The notes under the pieces were generated by a model. The model was not told the origin of the DNA, did not search any database, and worked only from the letters and a program-made list of their open reading frames with translations. A DNA stretch of 64,000 nt. Source: a virus. Positions within the stretch are counted from its first letter, which is position 1, and each line of letters opens with the position of its first letter. Positions 18,412-28,847 of the stretch are shown piece by piece. The translations under genes and the position numbers were made by a program. Location of the stretch: IMG/VR virus record IMGVR_UViG_3300037502_002729, positions 1-64,000 of that record; one strand, 5' to 3'.

Positions 18412-20232
18412 ATGAAAAAATTAAAATTAATATTGATTTATTCAATATTAACATTCTCATTATTCTCACAGAATAATAAACCTATATCCATTTTCTTTGA
18501 AACAAATTCAAAGGAGTTGAGAACAACATCACACAATTATGCAACCCCCCTCATATTGAACAAAAATATTATTAGAGAAATCATAAATAATGATTTGGAT
18601 TCTCTAACAATCCAATTACCAACCCCAGAGGGCGTTAAAATCCTTAACTTAACCAAAATGGAAATATATGTGGATAACCCCAAAATATATTCTGAATGTA
18701 ATGCCATATATGAACCACAATCGCTTATTTATTCTGGAAAGGTTCAAGGTAATGATAGTGCATTTGCATCTATTGTAATCAATGATAATAGCTTTCAGAC
18801 CTATATTATGGGTGATGGTGAAGGTTGGATTTTTGGTCCAGTAGAGAAGGGGTTTCATGGTGTTTGGCATGAATTAGATGTGAAGCAAACAAAAAATTTC
18901 AAATGTGTTTTACCAAATGAGGAAGAGTTTTTTAAGGAAACCCAAATGTTTGAATATGCACAAGAAAAATCAAATAAAATCAAAGTCATAACAATGTATT
19001 TTGAGGCAGATTATGATATGATTGAAACACTTGGTTCAGGAAAAGAAGTTATTAAATTTATTGAAAACATATTTGCTCAAACTCATTTAATTTATTTAAA
19101 GGAAGGGGTTAATATTAAAATTGCAAGGTTTAAATTATGGGATAGACCAAGTGGTTATAATTATGATGGAACTAATATGTTATATTCATTTGCCAACCAA
19201 TTTAAATCTGAGGATCAATTACCTGAAACATTTGGACAGTTGGTATCTTTAAGAGATGGATTAGGTGTAGCTTTCCTTAGTTCTCTTTGTGATATTGCAA
19301 GATGGAGAACAAGTTATGCTGGTTTGGATATGGAACCAGGAGTATTTCCAAATTATTCTTGGAACACAACAGTAATGACCCATGAAATTGGTCATTTACT
19401 TGGTTCACCCCACACACATGCTTGTTGGTGGAATGGTAATGGAACTGCTTTGGATGGTTGTTGGTTTGTGGAACAGACTGGACCAGTAAAATGTCCAGAG
19501 TTAGAGGTTACATCTGAAACAAAGGGAACAATAATGTCATATTGCCATTTGAATCCAAAGGTGGGAATAAACTACAAGTGGGGGTTTGGGGAACAACCTG
19601 GAAATAAGATAAGAAGAAATATTGCAGAAGCAATTTGTTTGCCACTTGTTGATGCACCTAGAGATTGCAATGCAAATGATTCAACATATTCAAGAATTAA
19701 GATAGAAATTGATAAAAATAAGTTTTTTGAAGATTTTTATTATAATGTGCAACAAAATGGGATTACAATTGTTGAATATAATCCTAACCAAAAAAGAATA
19801 ACAAATGATACCACAATTTGCTTAAAAATTGATTCTTGTTTTACATTAACTTTAAAACATAAAGCAAAATCACCATATAAAAATAAAATTAATTTTAGAA
19901 TATTAAATGGATTTGATACTATATTCCAAATAAATGATGTCTATATAATAGATGAGACAATAACAATTTGTTCAAACAAACAACACAAATATGACAAAAT
20001 TACAAATGATTATTTATCAATTAACATTATTGATAATTTTTACAATAGTAGTTATATTAATCCATCAGAAGGTGATAAATGGATTTTATATAATTTATTG
20101 GGTATTCAAACATCAAGTGGAGTTGGACAATTTAAAATAAATTTAGAAAATAACAATTTTGAAACAGGTTTATATATCCTAACAATAAATGGAAAATTTT
20201 ATAAAAAAATGTTTATAAAAAAAGTGGAATAA
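18412..20232 (+). CDS. secreted M12/reprolysin-like zinc metalloprotease with T9SS-like C-terminal domain
   Basis: Signal peptide, HEIGHLLGSPH, Met-turn TIMSY, C-terminal YNLLG...GLYILTI...KMFIKK. Confidence 0.8.
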   Translation: MKKLKLILIYSILTFSLFSQNNKPISIFFETNSKELRTTSHNYATPLILNKNIIREIINNDLDSLTIQLPTPEGVKILNLTKMEIYVDNPKIYSECNAIYEPQSLIYSGKVQGNDSAFASIVINDNSFQTYIMGDGEGWIFGPVEKGFHGVWHELDVKQTKNFKCVLPNEEEFFKETQMFEYAQEKSNKIKVITMYFEADYDMIETLGSGKEVIKFIENIFAQTHLIYLKEGVNIKIARFKLWDRPSGYNYDGTNMLYSFANQFKSEDQLPETFGQLVSLRDGLGVAFLSSLCDIARWRTSYAGLDMEPGVFPNYSWNTTVMTHEIGHLLGSPHTHACWWNGNGTALDGCWFVEQTGPVKCPELEVTSETKGTIMSYCHLNPKVGINYKWGFGEQPGNKIRRNIAEAICLPLVDAPRDCNANDSTYSRIKIEIDKNKFFEDFYYNVQQNGITIVEYNPNQKRITNDTTICLKIDSCFTLTLKHKAKSPYKNKINFRILNGFDTIFQINDVYIIDETITICSNKQHKYDKITNDYLSINIIDNFYNSSYINPSEGDKWILYNLLGIQTSSGVGQFKINLENNNFETGLYILTINGKFYKKMFIKKVE

Positions 20233-20256
20233 TTGTACTTTTGATATATATAAAGA

Positions 20257-20361
20257 TATTTATTTATTATTTTTAAAATCATTCCTCTTCTTTGGAATTT
20301 TATATATATCCGATTTTTTTCAAAGAGACCTAACAAAAAACTTGTTGGGTCTATTTTTTTT
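20257..20361 (+). ncRNA. candidate small RNA (own TATTTAT box and terminator)
   Basis: TATTTAT at 20257, no ORF, hairpin AGACCTAACAA/TTGTTGGGTCT plus T-run; complementary to the 40.27 and 41.65 kb elements. Confidence 0.45.
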
Positions 20362-20364
20362 AAC

Positions 20365-20372
20365 TATATTTG
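20365..20372 (+). promoter_or_regulatory. Bacteroidota -7 box TATATTTG
   Basis: TAnnTTTG 25 nt upstream of the 20398 ATG. Confidence 0.55.
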
Positions 20373-20397
20373 CAGTATAAACAAATAAATTAACACT

Positions 20398-20736
20398 ATG
20401 AGCAAACTTTTTGAATTTTTTATTAAACTTTTTAAGTTTATCCCTATATTATGGAATTATGCACATTGGGATTACACTTTTATATTAGCAAGTATGAAAG
20501 CATCAACTGAACTAATGTTAAAATCTTATATAGAGAATGAGGCATCTTTAAAAGATATCAAAGAATTAAGAAGATTTATCCAATTATTGGATAATCATTT
20601 GAAGGATGAATATTATCTTATTGATGATGTTAAAGAATCAGTAGCTTTAGAAGAAAAAGAATGGGATGAATTATGTGAGATATTTAAAGGAAACAAAGAA
20701 ATTGAAAAATATGGTGTAAAATCCTGGTGGACATAA
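20398..20736 (+). CDS. hypothetical protein
   Basis: 112-aa ORF. Confidence 0.6.
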   Translation: MSKLFEFFIKLFKFIPILWNYAHWDYTFILASMKASTELMLKSYIENEASLKDIKELRRFIQLLDNHLKDEYYLIDDVKESVALEEKEWDELCEIFKGNKEIEKYGVKSWWT

Positions 20737-20746
20737 AAACAAAAAA

Positions 20747-21412
20747 ATGAAAATAACATTTATTTCAGACACACATAACAAACACAAAGAATTAACAGAC
20801 AATAACTTATTGCCTAGTGGTGATGTCATTATTCATAGTGGAGATATTTCAGGTCGGGGTTATGAGCATGAAATAACTGATTTTTTAGATTGGTTTCAAG
20901 GTTTGAATTACACTCACAAAATATTTATTGCTGGTAATCATGATTTCTGGTTTGAGAAAAACTTTGATATTGAACAGAAATATAAAGATAAAGGTGTTGT
21001 TTATTTATTTGACCATTTTATGAATATTGATGGTTTGAATATATATGGATCACCTTGGCAACCAGCATTCTTTAACTGGGCTTTTAATTTACACACAAGC
21101 AAGGACTTAAAATATTATTGGGACAAAATACCTAATAATCTTGATGTTCTAATTACACATGGTCCTCCAAAATACATATTAGATGTTTTGCCAGTTGGGG
21201 TCAATGTTGGTTGTGAGGAATTAACAAAACGTGTTGAGGTTGTTAAACCAAAAATACATTGCTTTGGTCATATCCATTCTGGTTATGGTGAGAAATATGC
21301 TGATGGTGTCCAGTATTTCAATGCTGCTGTCTTGGGAGAGAATTATAAGTTAGCAAACAATCCAATTAACATAGAATACAATATAGAATCAAAGGAAATT
21401 ATCTTTATTTAA
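20747..21412 (+). CDS. metallophosphoesterase (MPPED/239FB-like)
   Basis: SDTH, HSGD, AGNHD, THGPP, FGHIH. Confidence 0.9.
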   Translation: MKITFISDTHNKHKELTDNNLLPSGDVIIHSGDISGRGYEHEITDFLDWFQGLNYTHKIFIAGNHDFWFEKNFDIEQKYKDKGVVYLFDHFMNIDGLNIYGSPWQPAFFNWAFNLHTSKDLKYYWDKIPNNLDVLITHGPPKYILDVLPVGVNVGCEELTKRVEVVKPKIHCFGHIHSGYGEKYADGVQYFNAAVLGENYKLANNPINIEYNIESKEIIFI

Positions 21413-21432
21413 GATGTAAATGCTTTTTATTG

Positions 21433-21464
21433 AAAAGTTTGGGATTTTGTGTCCCAAACTTTTT
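21433..21464. terminator. intrinsic terminator
   Basis: AAAAGTTTGGGA...TCCCAAACTTTT. Confidence 0.7.
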
Positions 21465-21506
21465 CTATTTACACTATTTAGCATATTTATAATAAAAGAA
21501 AAATAA

Positions 21507-21803
21507 ATGGATGAAAATACAATAGCAACTGTTTTAATTACAGCAATAACAGTTTTAGGTTCAGCAAGTGCTTGGAGGTTTTATGAAAAAAGAGAAGAAC
21601 GTAAAAGGAATGAGGATAATTTTATCCGTGAAGATTGTAGAGATAGAATTGCAAAATTAGAAGTTCTATTATTGAAAAGTTCAGAAGAAAAGGATCAAAT
21701 GAGAGATACAATCCTTAAATTAGTTGAGCAAGTTTCAGCTTTAACTGTTAAAGTACAGTTTTTAGAAGAAGAAAATAAAACATTAAAATCAAATCAACAT
21801 TAA
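21507..21803 (+). CDS. membrane-anchored coiled-coil protein
   Basis: N-terminal TM helix followed by a heptad-rich tail; TATTTATA at 21484. Confidence 0.6.
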   Translation: MDENTIATVLITAITVLGSASAWRFYEKREERKRNEDNFIREDCRDRIAKLEVLLLKSSEEKDQMRDTILKLVEQVSALTVKVQFLEEENKTLKSNQH

Positions 21804-21805
21804 TT

Positions 21806-22888
21806 ATGAAAATATTAGTAACAGAAAAACAATTAGCACATATTGTGAATGAATCTTTAGTTAAATCAACAAAGTCTTTTAAAGTTTTTGAATCCCTTGA
21901 ATTAAAAGAAGATATAACTCCTGATGAAATGATTGCTCGAATGACAAAACAAGTTGGTAATAAAATATCAGGAGTAGTTACTAGTCTTGGGAGATTAAGA
22001 ACTCTTGAATCAGAAGATATGAAAAGGGATATAAAAAGATTATTAGACTCATGTGAAAAATTTGAATATGAAGGGAGTATTTTTTATGTGTTTCAACAAA
22101 TTCCATCATTAAGACCAGAGAATGTAATATTCAAAGATAATAGAAGGGAAATTGCATTATATGTAAAACCAAATGTTAATAATCCTTATGAAGATAACAT
22201 TATCTACTATAACAAATTAGTTTTTAATAGATTGCCTTCAAAAGATAGGGGAGAAAATGCAGAATATGTCACAAAATATAATATTATAAATGTATTAATT
22301 GATGAAGATGTTATAACCAAAGAATCATTTACTGAAAATATTAGAAGATATTATAATGCTCATAAAAAAAATAGACAAAGTGCTGACCCATTATTTGAAT
22401 GGTTTGATAAGTTTATTCATGGAAAGGTGACTAGTGAAATACTACAAAAAACTGGGTTAAAAAATTTGAAGGATTTAGACATACATAGTATGAAGCCAGA
22501 CACTTTTAGTGATGAAGGTTTATCTGGGTTTGGTAAATTAAAAAGGAGTATAAGTAGAAAACTAACAGGTCTTGATGCTAAAGAATCTTATTATGTATCA
22601 AAGTTAGCAGACATATTTGATTTAGCTTTTAAGGATGAAAAACGTAGTCATATTTTTAATATATCAGATGAGGATGGTGAAGATTATATGTTATTCCAGT
22701 CAAAACCTTGTTCAGTTTTCTTGAAAAATAACCCTGTAATATATGATGATTCATTAGTGCCATATTTTGAAAATATTGGAACTAAATTTACTGATTTGGT
22801 TAAAAAAGCAGCAGATAAAACATCAAATAAAGAATTAAAAAATATGATTAGAAATTGTAATCCACAATATGGAATTTCACTTAAATAA
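21806..22888 (+). CDS. hypothetical protein with leader MKILVTEKQL
   Basis: 360-aa ORF. Confidence 0.65.
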   Translation: MKILVTEKQLAHIVNESLVKSTKSFKVFESLELKEDITPDEMIARMTKQVGNKISGVVTSLGRLRTLESEDMKRDIKRLLDSCEKFEYEGSIFYVFQQIPSLRPENVIFKDNRREIALYVKPNVNNPYEDNIIYYNKLVFNRLPSKDRGENAEYVTKYNIINVLIDEDVITKESFTENIRRYYNAHKKNRQSADPLFEWFDKFIHGKVTSEILQKTGLKNLKDLDIHSMKPDTFSDEGLSGFGKLKRSISRKLTGLDAKESYYVSKLADIFDLAFKDEKRSHIFNISDEDGEDYMLFQSKPCSVFLKNNPVIYDDSLVPYFENIGTKFTDLVKKAADKTSNKELKNMIRNCNPQYGISLK

Positions 22889-22923
22889 TTAGATATTTTT
22901 CATTATCTTTACAAAAAAAAAAG

Positions 22924-23118
22924 ATGAAAAAAGAAACCCCAACCAACACAGCAAAGAAATACACAAGAGTATTTGTTGATGAGAATTCAACAACAACCTG
23001 GTATTATGATGAATCAATAACAACTAGAGGACCAGTTGAGGTAGTCACAAAGTATAAGAAGTCTTATGAGGATGCCTTAAATAAAGAAGTTAGCAAAACA
23101 AAAAAGGTAAGAACTTAG
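22924..23118 (+). CDS. hypothetical protein
   Basis: 64-aa ORF after an A-rich leader. Confidence 0.55.
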   Translation: MKKETPTNTAKKYTRVFVDENSTTTWYYDESITTRGPVEVVTKYKKSYEDALNKEVSKTKKVRT

Positions 23119-23612
23119 TTCTTACCTTTGATAACACCTAAACAGTGTTTAATATATTCTCTACCTCTTGGTGATACACTTTCATCACCATAGATTTTTT
23201 CCAAATCTTTAACCAATTCCTCACCATGTTTATTCTCTTTATATAGTTCAATTATTTTATCCATAGCAGAAACACACTGATTACTTGTTTCATCAAAATA
23301 ATTATATGGTTTATATTGGTTAATTGTATTTGATACCTTATAACATAAGTCTTCTCCTTTGTCTGTTAAGTTTGGTCTAGTCCTCATTGTCTTTAATGTT
23401 TCAATCATATCAGTTAGTGCATTAATGCCAGACTTTCTAATTTTAATACCTTCAATATAATCATCTTGTTCATCATCACCAACAATTTCTTCTAAAGTCT
23501 TAATATTTTTCTTATGGCAGAAACGTCTATTTTCTTCTTTTGATTTTTCATTTAGATATAGATTTTGTATTCTAATCTTATCCTCATCTGTAATATTAAA
23601 TTTTATACTCAT
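23115..23612 (-). CDS. hypothetical protein with leader
   Basis: Start re-assigned to MSIKFNITDEDK; TATTTAT upstream. Confidence 0.6.
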   Translation of the reverse strand: MSIKFNITDEDKIRIQNLYLNEKSKEENRRFCHKKNIKTLEEIVGDDEQDDYIEGIKIRKSGINALTDMIETLKTMRTRPNLTDKGEDLCYKVSNTINQYKPYNYFDETSNQCVSAMDKIIELYKENKHGEELVKDLEKIYGDESVSPRGREYIKHCLGVIKGKN

Positions 23613-23697
23613 TGTGTTATTTTTATTTATTACAATAAATATATATTTTTTCAAAAAAAATAAATAAAATTACTATTTATGTAAAAAATATAGACAT

Positions 23698-24747
23698 ATG
23701 AACTTAAATTTTTCATCAAAAGACATTGCTCTAGCAAAGAAAATCAATTTTGATTTGATTGCAAAACACTTTAAAGCATTAGAAGAAGGTAATGAGGTAA
23801 TTATTGATTTACCCCCAGCCCAAATACAGGCTTTATCAACAGAATCATCCTTAAATAATCAACCAAGTTGGGGTTGGGTGTTCTTGCAAAGTAATATATT
23901 GGATAACAAGATAATAATGGGGGAGAAATTTCAGCGTAAAGTTCTTTATTGTGTTATTGATACTATGGCATATCCAACTCATACTGCATTAATATCAGAT
24001 AACCAATTTGTAGATAAGAAATATTGCAAAGATTTCACAACTGATAGTAGCCAAGATGATGGTCACGGTCATGGTCATCATGTTGCTGGTATTATATTAG
24101 GAAAACATCCCCAATATAAGCTAGGTGTTGGATATGTTAATGGTAAAAATCATGGTGATTTAATTATGGCTCAAAAGGGTTTAAACAAAAATGGTGGGGG
24201 ATCAACAGAAAGTTTGGTAAATGCAATCAATCATGCAATGAATGTGTGGAAAGATAATTTTAAGGATTATTTGTTGGTGTTTAATTTCTCTTGGGGTGCA
24301 ACAACAGAAAACAAGGAAATAACAAAAACAATAAATGATGCAGTAAAAAATGGAGCATTTATTAATGCTGCTGCTGGAAATAATGGTACTGGAGCATTGT
24401 CATTTCCAGGGGCATTATCAAATGTAATTTCTTGGGGTGCTCATGATATTAGAGGCAATAAGGCATCTTTTTCACAATATGGAAATACATTAGTTGGTAT
24501 TGCACCAGGAGTTCAAATTTGGTCTTGCTTTAAAGATAATGGATCTTATGTTAGTTGGGATGGAACATCTATGGCAACACCACATGGTAGTGCTGCTATT
24601 GGCTTATTGTTAAAATATAAACCAGAAATTAAAAATCAAAATGACTTAAAAGAATATCTAACAAAAAACCTCACAGATGGTGGTAATCCTGGTCGTGATG
24701 ATTGGTATGGTTGGGGTTATCCAAAGTTTAGTAGTTTATTCAAATAA
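23698..24747 (+). CDS. subtilisin-like S8 serine protease
   Basis: VIDT, HGHHVAG, AAGN, GTSMATPH catalytic motifs. Confidence 0.92.
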   Translation: MNLNFSSKDIALAKKINFDLIAKHFKALEEGNEVIIDLPPAQIQALSTESSLNNQPSWGWVFLQSNILDNKIIMGEKFQRKVLYCVIDTMAYPTHTALISDNQFVDKKYCKDFTTDSSQDDGHGHGHHVAGIILGKHPQYKLGVGYVNGKNHGDLIMAQKGLNKNGGGSTESLVNAINHAMNVWKDNFKDYLLVFNFSWGATTENKEITKTINDAVKNGAFINAAAGNNGTGALSFPGALSNVISWGAHDIRGNKASFSQYGNTLVGIAPGVQIWSCFKDNGSYVSWDGTSMATPHGSAAIGLLLKYKPEIKNQNDLKEYLTKNLTDGGNPGRDDWYGWGYPKFSSLFK

Positions 24748-24782
24748 CTTTACAATCTAATTATTTTATTTATTATTTTTTT

Positions 24783-25601
24783 ATGGAAAAGATTATAATA
24801 ACTGGAACAAAAGGATTTATTGGGGGAAATTTGTTGGATAGATTAAAAGGCAAATTTGATATTTTAGAAATAAATGAAGACATATTTGATTATAAAGATT
24901 GGATTGGTGAATTAAATTCAATTTTGTTGGATTTCAACCCAAGTACAATATTTCATATTGGAGCATGTTCAAATACTCTTGAGAGTGATGTTAATTATAT
25001 GATGAAAGTGAATTATGAGTTCACAAAAATATTATCAGACTATTGTTTTGATAATGATGTAAAATTAATATACTCATCATCTGCTGCAAATTATGGTATA
25101 AATGGTTTGTACCCATCTAATCTATATGGTTGGAGTAAATATATTGCTGAAAATTATGTTATAAAGAATAATGGATTAGCACTAAGATATTTTAATGTTT
25201 ATGGGTTTGGTGAACAAAATAAAGGCAATATGGCCTCAGTTGCTTATCAGATGTATTTAAAAAAGTTGAAAAATGAAGAAATAAAATTGTTTCCATTAAA
25301 ACCAAAAAGAGATTTTGTATATATTGATGATGTGATTGATGCAAATATTTTTGCAAATGATAATTATAAAACATTATGTGGATTTTATTATGAAGTTAGT
25401 AGTGGAGAATCAAGATTATTTGAAGATATTATGAATATTTTTGGTTTAAGTTATTCATATGCAAACAAAGAACTAATACCAAAAGGATACCAATTTTTAA
25501 CTCAAAGCAATAAAGAAAAATGGATGCCAAATTGGCATCCAAAATATAATTTAGAAAAAGGATTAAAAAAGTATTTTTCAGAACTTAATCAGTTTTTTTA
25601 G
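24783..25601 (+). CDS. NAD-dependent sugar epimerase (HldD/RfaD-like)
   Basis: TGTKGFIG, YSSSAANYG, YGWSK, LRYFNVYG, RDFVYIDD. Confidence 0.85.
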   Translation: MEKIIITGTKGFIGGNLLDRLKGKFDILEINEDIFDYKDWIGELNSILLDFNPSTIFHIGACSNTLESDVNYMMKVNYEFTKILSDYCFDNDVKLIYSSSAANYGINGLYPSNLYGWSKYIAENYVIKNNGLALRYFNVYGFGEQNKGNMASVAYQMYLKKLKNEEIKLFPLKPKRDFVYIDDVIDANIFANDNYKTLCGFYYEVSSGESRLFEDIMNIFGLSYSYANKELIPKGYQFLTQSNKEKWMPNWHPKYNLEKGLKKYFSELNQFF

Positions 25602-26127
25602 ATTTAATAAATTCTTTGAATGTAATCCAACCCCAATCAAAATATCTTTCATTTACATATTGTGGTTGATACATAAATGGGCAATCTTTCCCAGATATAT
25701 CATAATGACGATGAACATCTTCAATTGTTAGATTGTGTTTTTCAAATAAATGATGTAATAATTCTTTTACATTATTGATGGTTTTTCCCCAATCATTATC
25801 TATATTTACACACATTTCAATCCCAATGAAATAATCATTTGGACTTCCACCTTGGGGTACTAATGCTTTTCTAATGGGTAGATTGCTTTTTCTTTCCCTA
25901 TCACCAACATGGTAGGCAACTTCATCATCCGGAATTAAATAAATAATTTCTTTATCATCAACAACATAATGAGTACAACCTATTTTCCAATTATTTTTAA
26001 AATAATTCAAATGAGCAGAGGCTCCTGCCCCAGATCGTGTATTTGCTGTCCAATGGACTATAATTCCCTTTAATTTCTTTAATTTTTTATTAGGTCTTTC
26101 AGTAATAAATTTTTCATTAATTGTCAT
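25585..26127 (-). CDS. N-acetylmuramoyl-L-alanine amidase (Amidase_2)
   Basis: IVHWTA, HYVVD, AYHVG, IGIEMC, RHYDISGKDCP. Confidence 0.9.
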   Translation of the reverse strand: MTINEKFITERPNKKLKKLKGIIVHWTANTRSGAGASAHLNYFKNNWKIGCTHYVVDDKEIIYLIPDDEVAYHVGDRERKSNLPIRKALVPQGGSPNDYFIGIEMCVNIDNDWGKTINNVKELLHHLFEKHNLTIEDVHRHYDISGKDCPFMYQPQYVNERYFDWGWITFKEFIKSKKTD

Positions 26128-26223
26128 TTTTTTAAAATTTATTATAAATATTCCTAAAATTAATTTTGATTATTATTTTTTTTTTAATATCTTTGATATT
26201 TATAATTAAAAACTAAAAAAAAT

Positions 26224-26973
26224 ATGGCAAAGACTATAAGACTAACAGAACATGACTTATCTATAATCATCAAGAGGGTTATTAGAGAGCAAAATGAAGC
26301 AACAATTTCAAACTATAGAAAGATATTTGTTGATTCTGGTAAATTATCAGAAGAAATATTTGATGAGATTGTTGAAGTTTCCAAAGGCAAAGGTGCTTAT
26401 GTAAAATGGTTGGCAGCAAGAGTTGCTGAAAAGAAAATTAAGGATGAGGATATCTACAAATTTGAAGAATATTTGGATTCTTTTGAAAAAGCAAAAAGAA
26501 GTCCAAGAGGAAAAGCAATGTTTCCTATCATAGATATCAATCAAGTAAAATCATCTTCTGATGTTAGAGCATTTATTGATGCTGCCATCCAGTTTGAAGA
26601 AGTTGGTTCTGTTGAAGGAGAAGAGGAAGAAATGGATTCAGACTCAGTTTTGGTATCAAAATCAGATATTTTGAAATTAAAAGATGTTGGTATTAATTTA
26701 ATTGGTTTAGTTGCTGGTTATCAAATATTCAAAGTATCCAATATGGATAAGCAAACTTGGGAAGTGTATAGAACTATCTTGGGTAAATGTAAGGAGGGTG
26801 CTTCAATACATATATGTACAATTGCAGGATATTCACACTTTAAGAACTACTTGGAAAAACATCCAGGTTCTTCATACTATGTGATATTCAACCAAAATGA
26901 CCCATTATCACCATACCAGTTTCACTATGAATCAAACCAATTCAAGGATAGAAAAGACGCAGATGTATTTTAA
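26224..26973 (+). CDS. hypothetical protein with leader and CT-motif domain
   Basis: MAKTIRLTEHDL leader; HICT...YQFHYESNQFKD resembles part of 30415..32340. Confidence 0.6.
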   Translation: MAKTIRLTEHDLSIIIKRVIREQNEATISNYRKIFVDSGKLSEEIFDEIVEVSKGKGAYVKWLAARVAEKKIKDEDIYKFEEYLDSFEKAKRSPRGKAMFPIIDINQVKSSSDVRAFIDAAIQFEEVGSVEGEEEEMDSDSVLVSKSDILKLKDVGINLIGLVAGYQIFKVSNMDKQTWEVYRTILGKCKEGASIHICTIAGYSHFKNYLEKHPGSSYYVIFNQNDPLSPYQFHYESNQFKDRKDADVF

Positions 26974-26990
26974 GTAAAATTAAAATATAT

Positions 26991-27028
26991 AAAAAAGGGA
27001 ATCATACATTATGGTTCCCTTTTTTTTA
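26991..27028. terminator. bidirectional terminator
   Basis: AAAAAAGGGAATCATA...TATGGTTCCCTTTTTT. Confidence 0.65.
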
Positions 27029-27284
27029 TTAACATATCAAAGCCCCTCATACTCAACCATTTTCCAATAATGCTACCTGCAATATAAACAGGGATTACAA
27101 AGTAATTATGGTTAAATAGGTTATCTAATGAATAATAAGCAACACATAAAGAAGTTAAATTAATCCAAATAGAATTAACTAATAACTCTTTTAATTTATC
27201 TTCATATGTGTATTTTATCTCAAATGTCTTAAATATGTTAAAAACAATCTGGAATATAAAAATTAAAATATAATCAATAATCAT
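27009..27284 (-). CDS. small multi-pass membrane protein
   Basis: Three hydrophobic segments. Confidence 0.65.
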   Translation of the reverse strand: MIIDYILIFIFQIVFNIFKTFEIKYTYEDKLKELLVNSIWINLTSLCVAYYSLDNLFNHNYFVIPVYIAGSIIGKWLSMRGFDMLIKKREP

Positions 27285-28021
27285 TATTTGGATATTCTAA
27301 ATCCAGCCCCAATTGAAAAATCAGGGTTTATAGGATCCATATCAAACTTAACAACAAATTTTTTAAAGTCAAACAATCCCCCAACTTTAATTCCGACAAA
27401 ACTCCTTCCAAATTTTGGAAATGAATATGATTTGCTTCCATTCAAAATAGCCAAATCATCAATAAACTGATAATTCACAACCCTGCTTCCAATACCTACT
27501 GAAACAAATGGGGATATAAAGCCTATACGTTGACCATAACCAACATAAATCCTATAACCCTTCTCTATATCCTTTAAACGTTCATCATTCCACTGGATAG
27601 CATTCTGGATGTTTATATTGGAATAAAATTCACTATTATCTAGGTTTGGCCTAAACATCAAATCTCCAACCAAGAATTTGTCTTCACCTACTGTAAAAAA
27701 TAAACCAATTAATCTTACACTTTTGCTTAACCCAATTGTCCCTCTAAATGGTCTTGGGACTAATGTTGTAGGATTATAGTAATATGGGTTACTGTAATGC
27801 ATATTACGATAATACATAACCCTAGGATTAAACAATCCATAACCTTGGTCAAATATTGGTTCAATATCTCTAACAATTACAGTATTAGTTTTTGGAGCAT
27901 ATTTTTCTGTTCTTAATTTCTGTTTTTCTTCACTTTCTTTATTTAGTGTCATTTGTTTGTTCTCAATGTTTTGAGAAAGGCCAATAATAGGCATTAGTAG
28001 TAAGAAAATTAATTTATTCAT
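27284..28021 (-). CDS. putative outer-membrane beta-barrel protein
   Basis: Signal peptide; alternating beta-strand pattern; C-terminus FSIGAGFRI. Confidence 0.6.
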   Translation of the reverse strand: MNKLIFLLLMPIIGLSQNIENKQMTLNKESEEKQKLRTEKYAPKTNTVIVRDIEPIFDQGYGLFNPRVMYYRNMHYSNPYYYNPTTLVPRPFRGTIGLSKSVRLIGLFFTVGEDKFLVGDLMFRPNLDNSEFYSNINIQNAIQWNDERLKDIEKGYRIYVGYGQRIGFISPFVSVGIGSRVVNYQFIDDLAILNGSKSYSFPKFGRSFVGIKVGGLFDFKKFVVKFDMDPINPDFSIGAGFRISK

Positions 28022-28127
28022 AATATTAGGTTTATTTATAAATATTGATTTTTTTTGGAATATATCAATATATTTGTTATTAATTGTATAATTATATCAT
28101 TTTTGGATATTTATAAAATAAAACAAA

Positions 28128-28835
28128 ATGAAACTTAATGAATATTTAACAGTTGTCATTCCATGCAAAAATGAAAAAAATGTCATTATAGATTGTTTGA
28201 ATTATTTAGATAAACAGAATAACATCACAGGAACAAAAGTTTATATTTGTGATTCATCAAATGATAGACTAACCAAACCATTGATAAAATTAAATGAGTT
28301 TAAAAACTTGGATATTGAAATATTAGGTGGAGGTTTACCAGCAAAAGCAAGGAATATTGGGTTTAAGCATTCAAAAACAATATATACCTTATTTCTTGAT
28401 GCTGATGTTTTTTTAACTGATAAGAATTTATTAACAAAGTGTATGAAAATTTCTCTTGATTATTATTTAGATTTGCAGACTGTAAAATTCAAGACCATAA
28501 ATGGTAAATATGATTTTGCATATATTATGTTGGATTTTTTAAGGAAAATGGTTTCAAAAATATCTCCATTCTGTCTTGGTGGTTTTATGTTGTTTAGAAC
28601 ATTGAAATTGCGTGAGTTGGGGGGGTTCAATAATGAGTGTGTGTTTGCAGAAGATTATGAATTGAGCAAAAGGATTGAGCCAAAGAAGTTTAAAGTTAGC
28701 AATTACAATGTTTACACCTTAAATAGAAGATTTGAATCAAAGGGTATTTATTATATGGGTAAGATGTTACTCAAATCTTTCTTTAATAGAAATAATCCAG
28801 AGTTTTTTAAAAAATCATATGATTACTGGACTTAA
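28128..28835 (+). CDS. glycosyltransferase family 2
   Basis: VVIPCKNE, ARNIG, FLDAD, AEDYELS. Confidence 0.88.
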   Translation: MKLNEYLTVVIPCKNEKNVIIDCLNYLDKQNNITGTKVYICDSSNDRLTKPLIKLNEFKNLDIEILGGGLPAKARNIGFKHSKTIYTLFLDADVFLTDKNLLTKCMKISLDYYLDLQTVKFKTINGKYDFAYIMLDFLRKMVSKISPFCLGGFMLFRTLKLRELGGFNNECVFAEDYELSKRIEPKKFKVSNYNVYTLNRRFESKGIYYMGKMLLKSFFNRNNPEFFKKSYDYWT

Positions 28836-28847
28836 AAAATTTATAAA

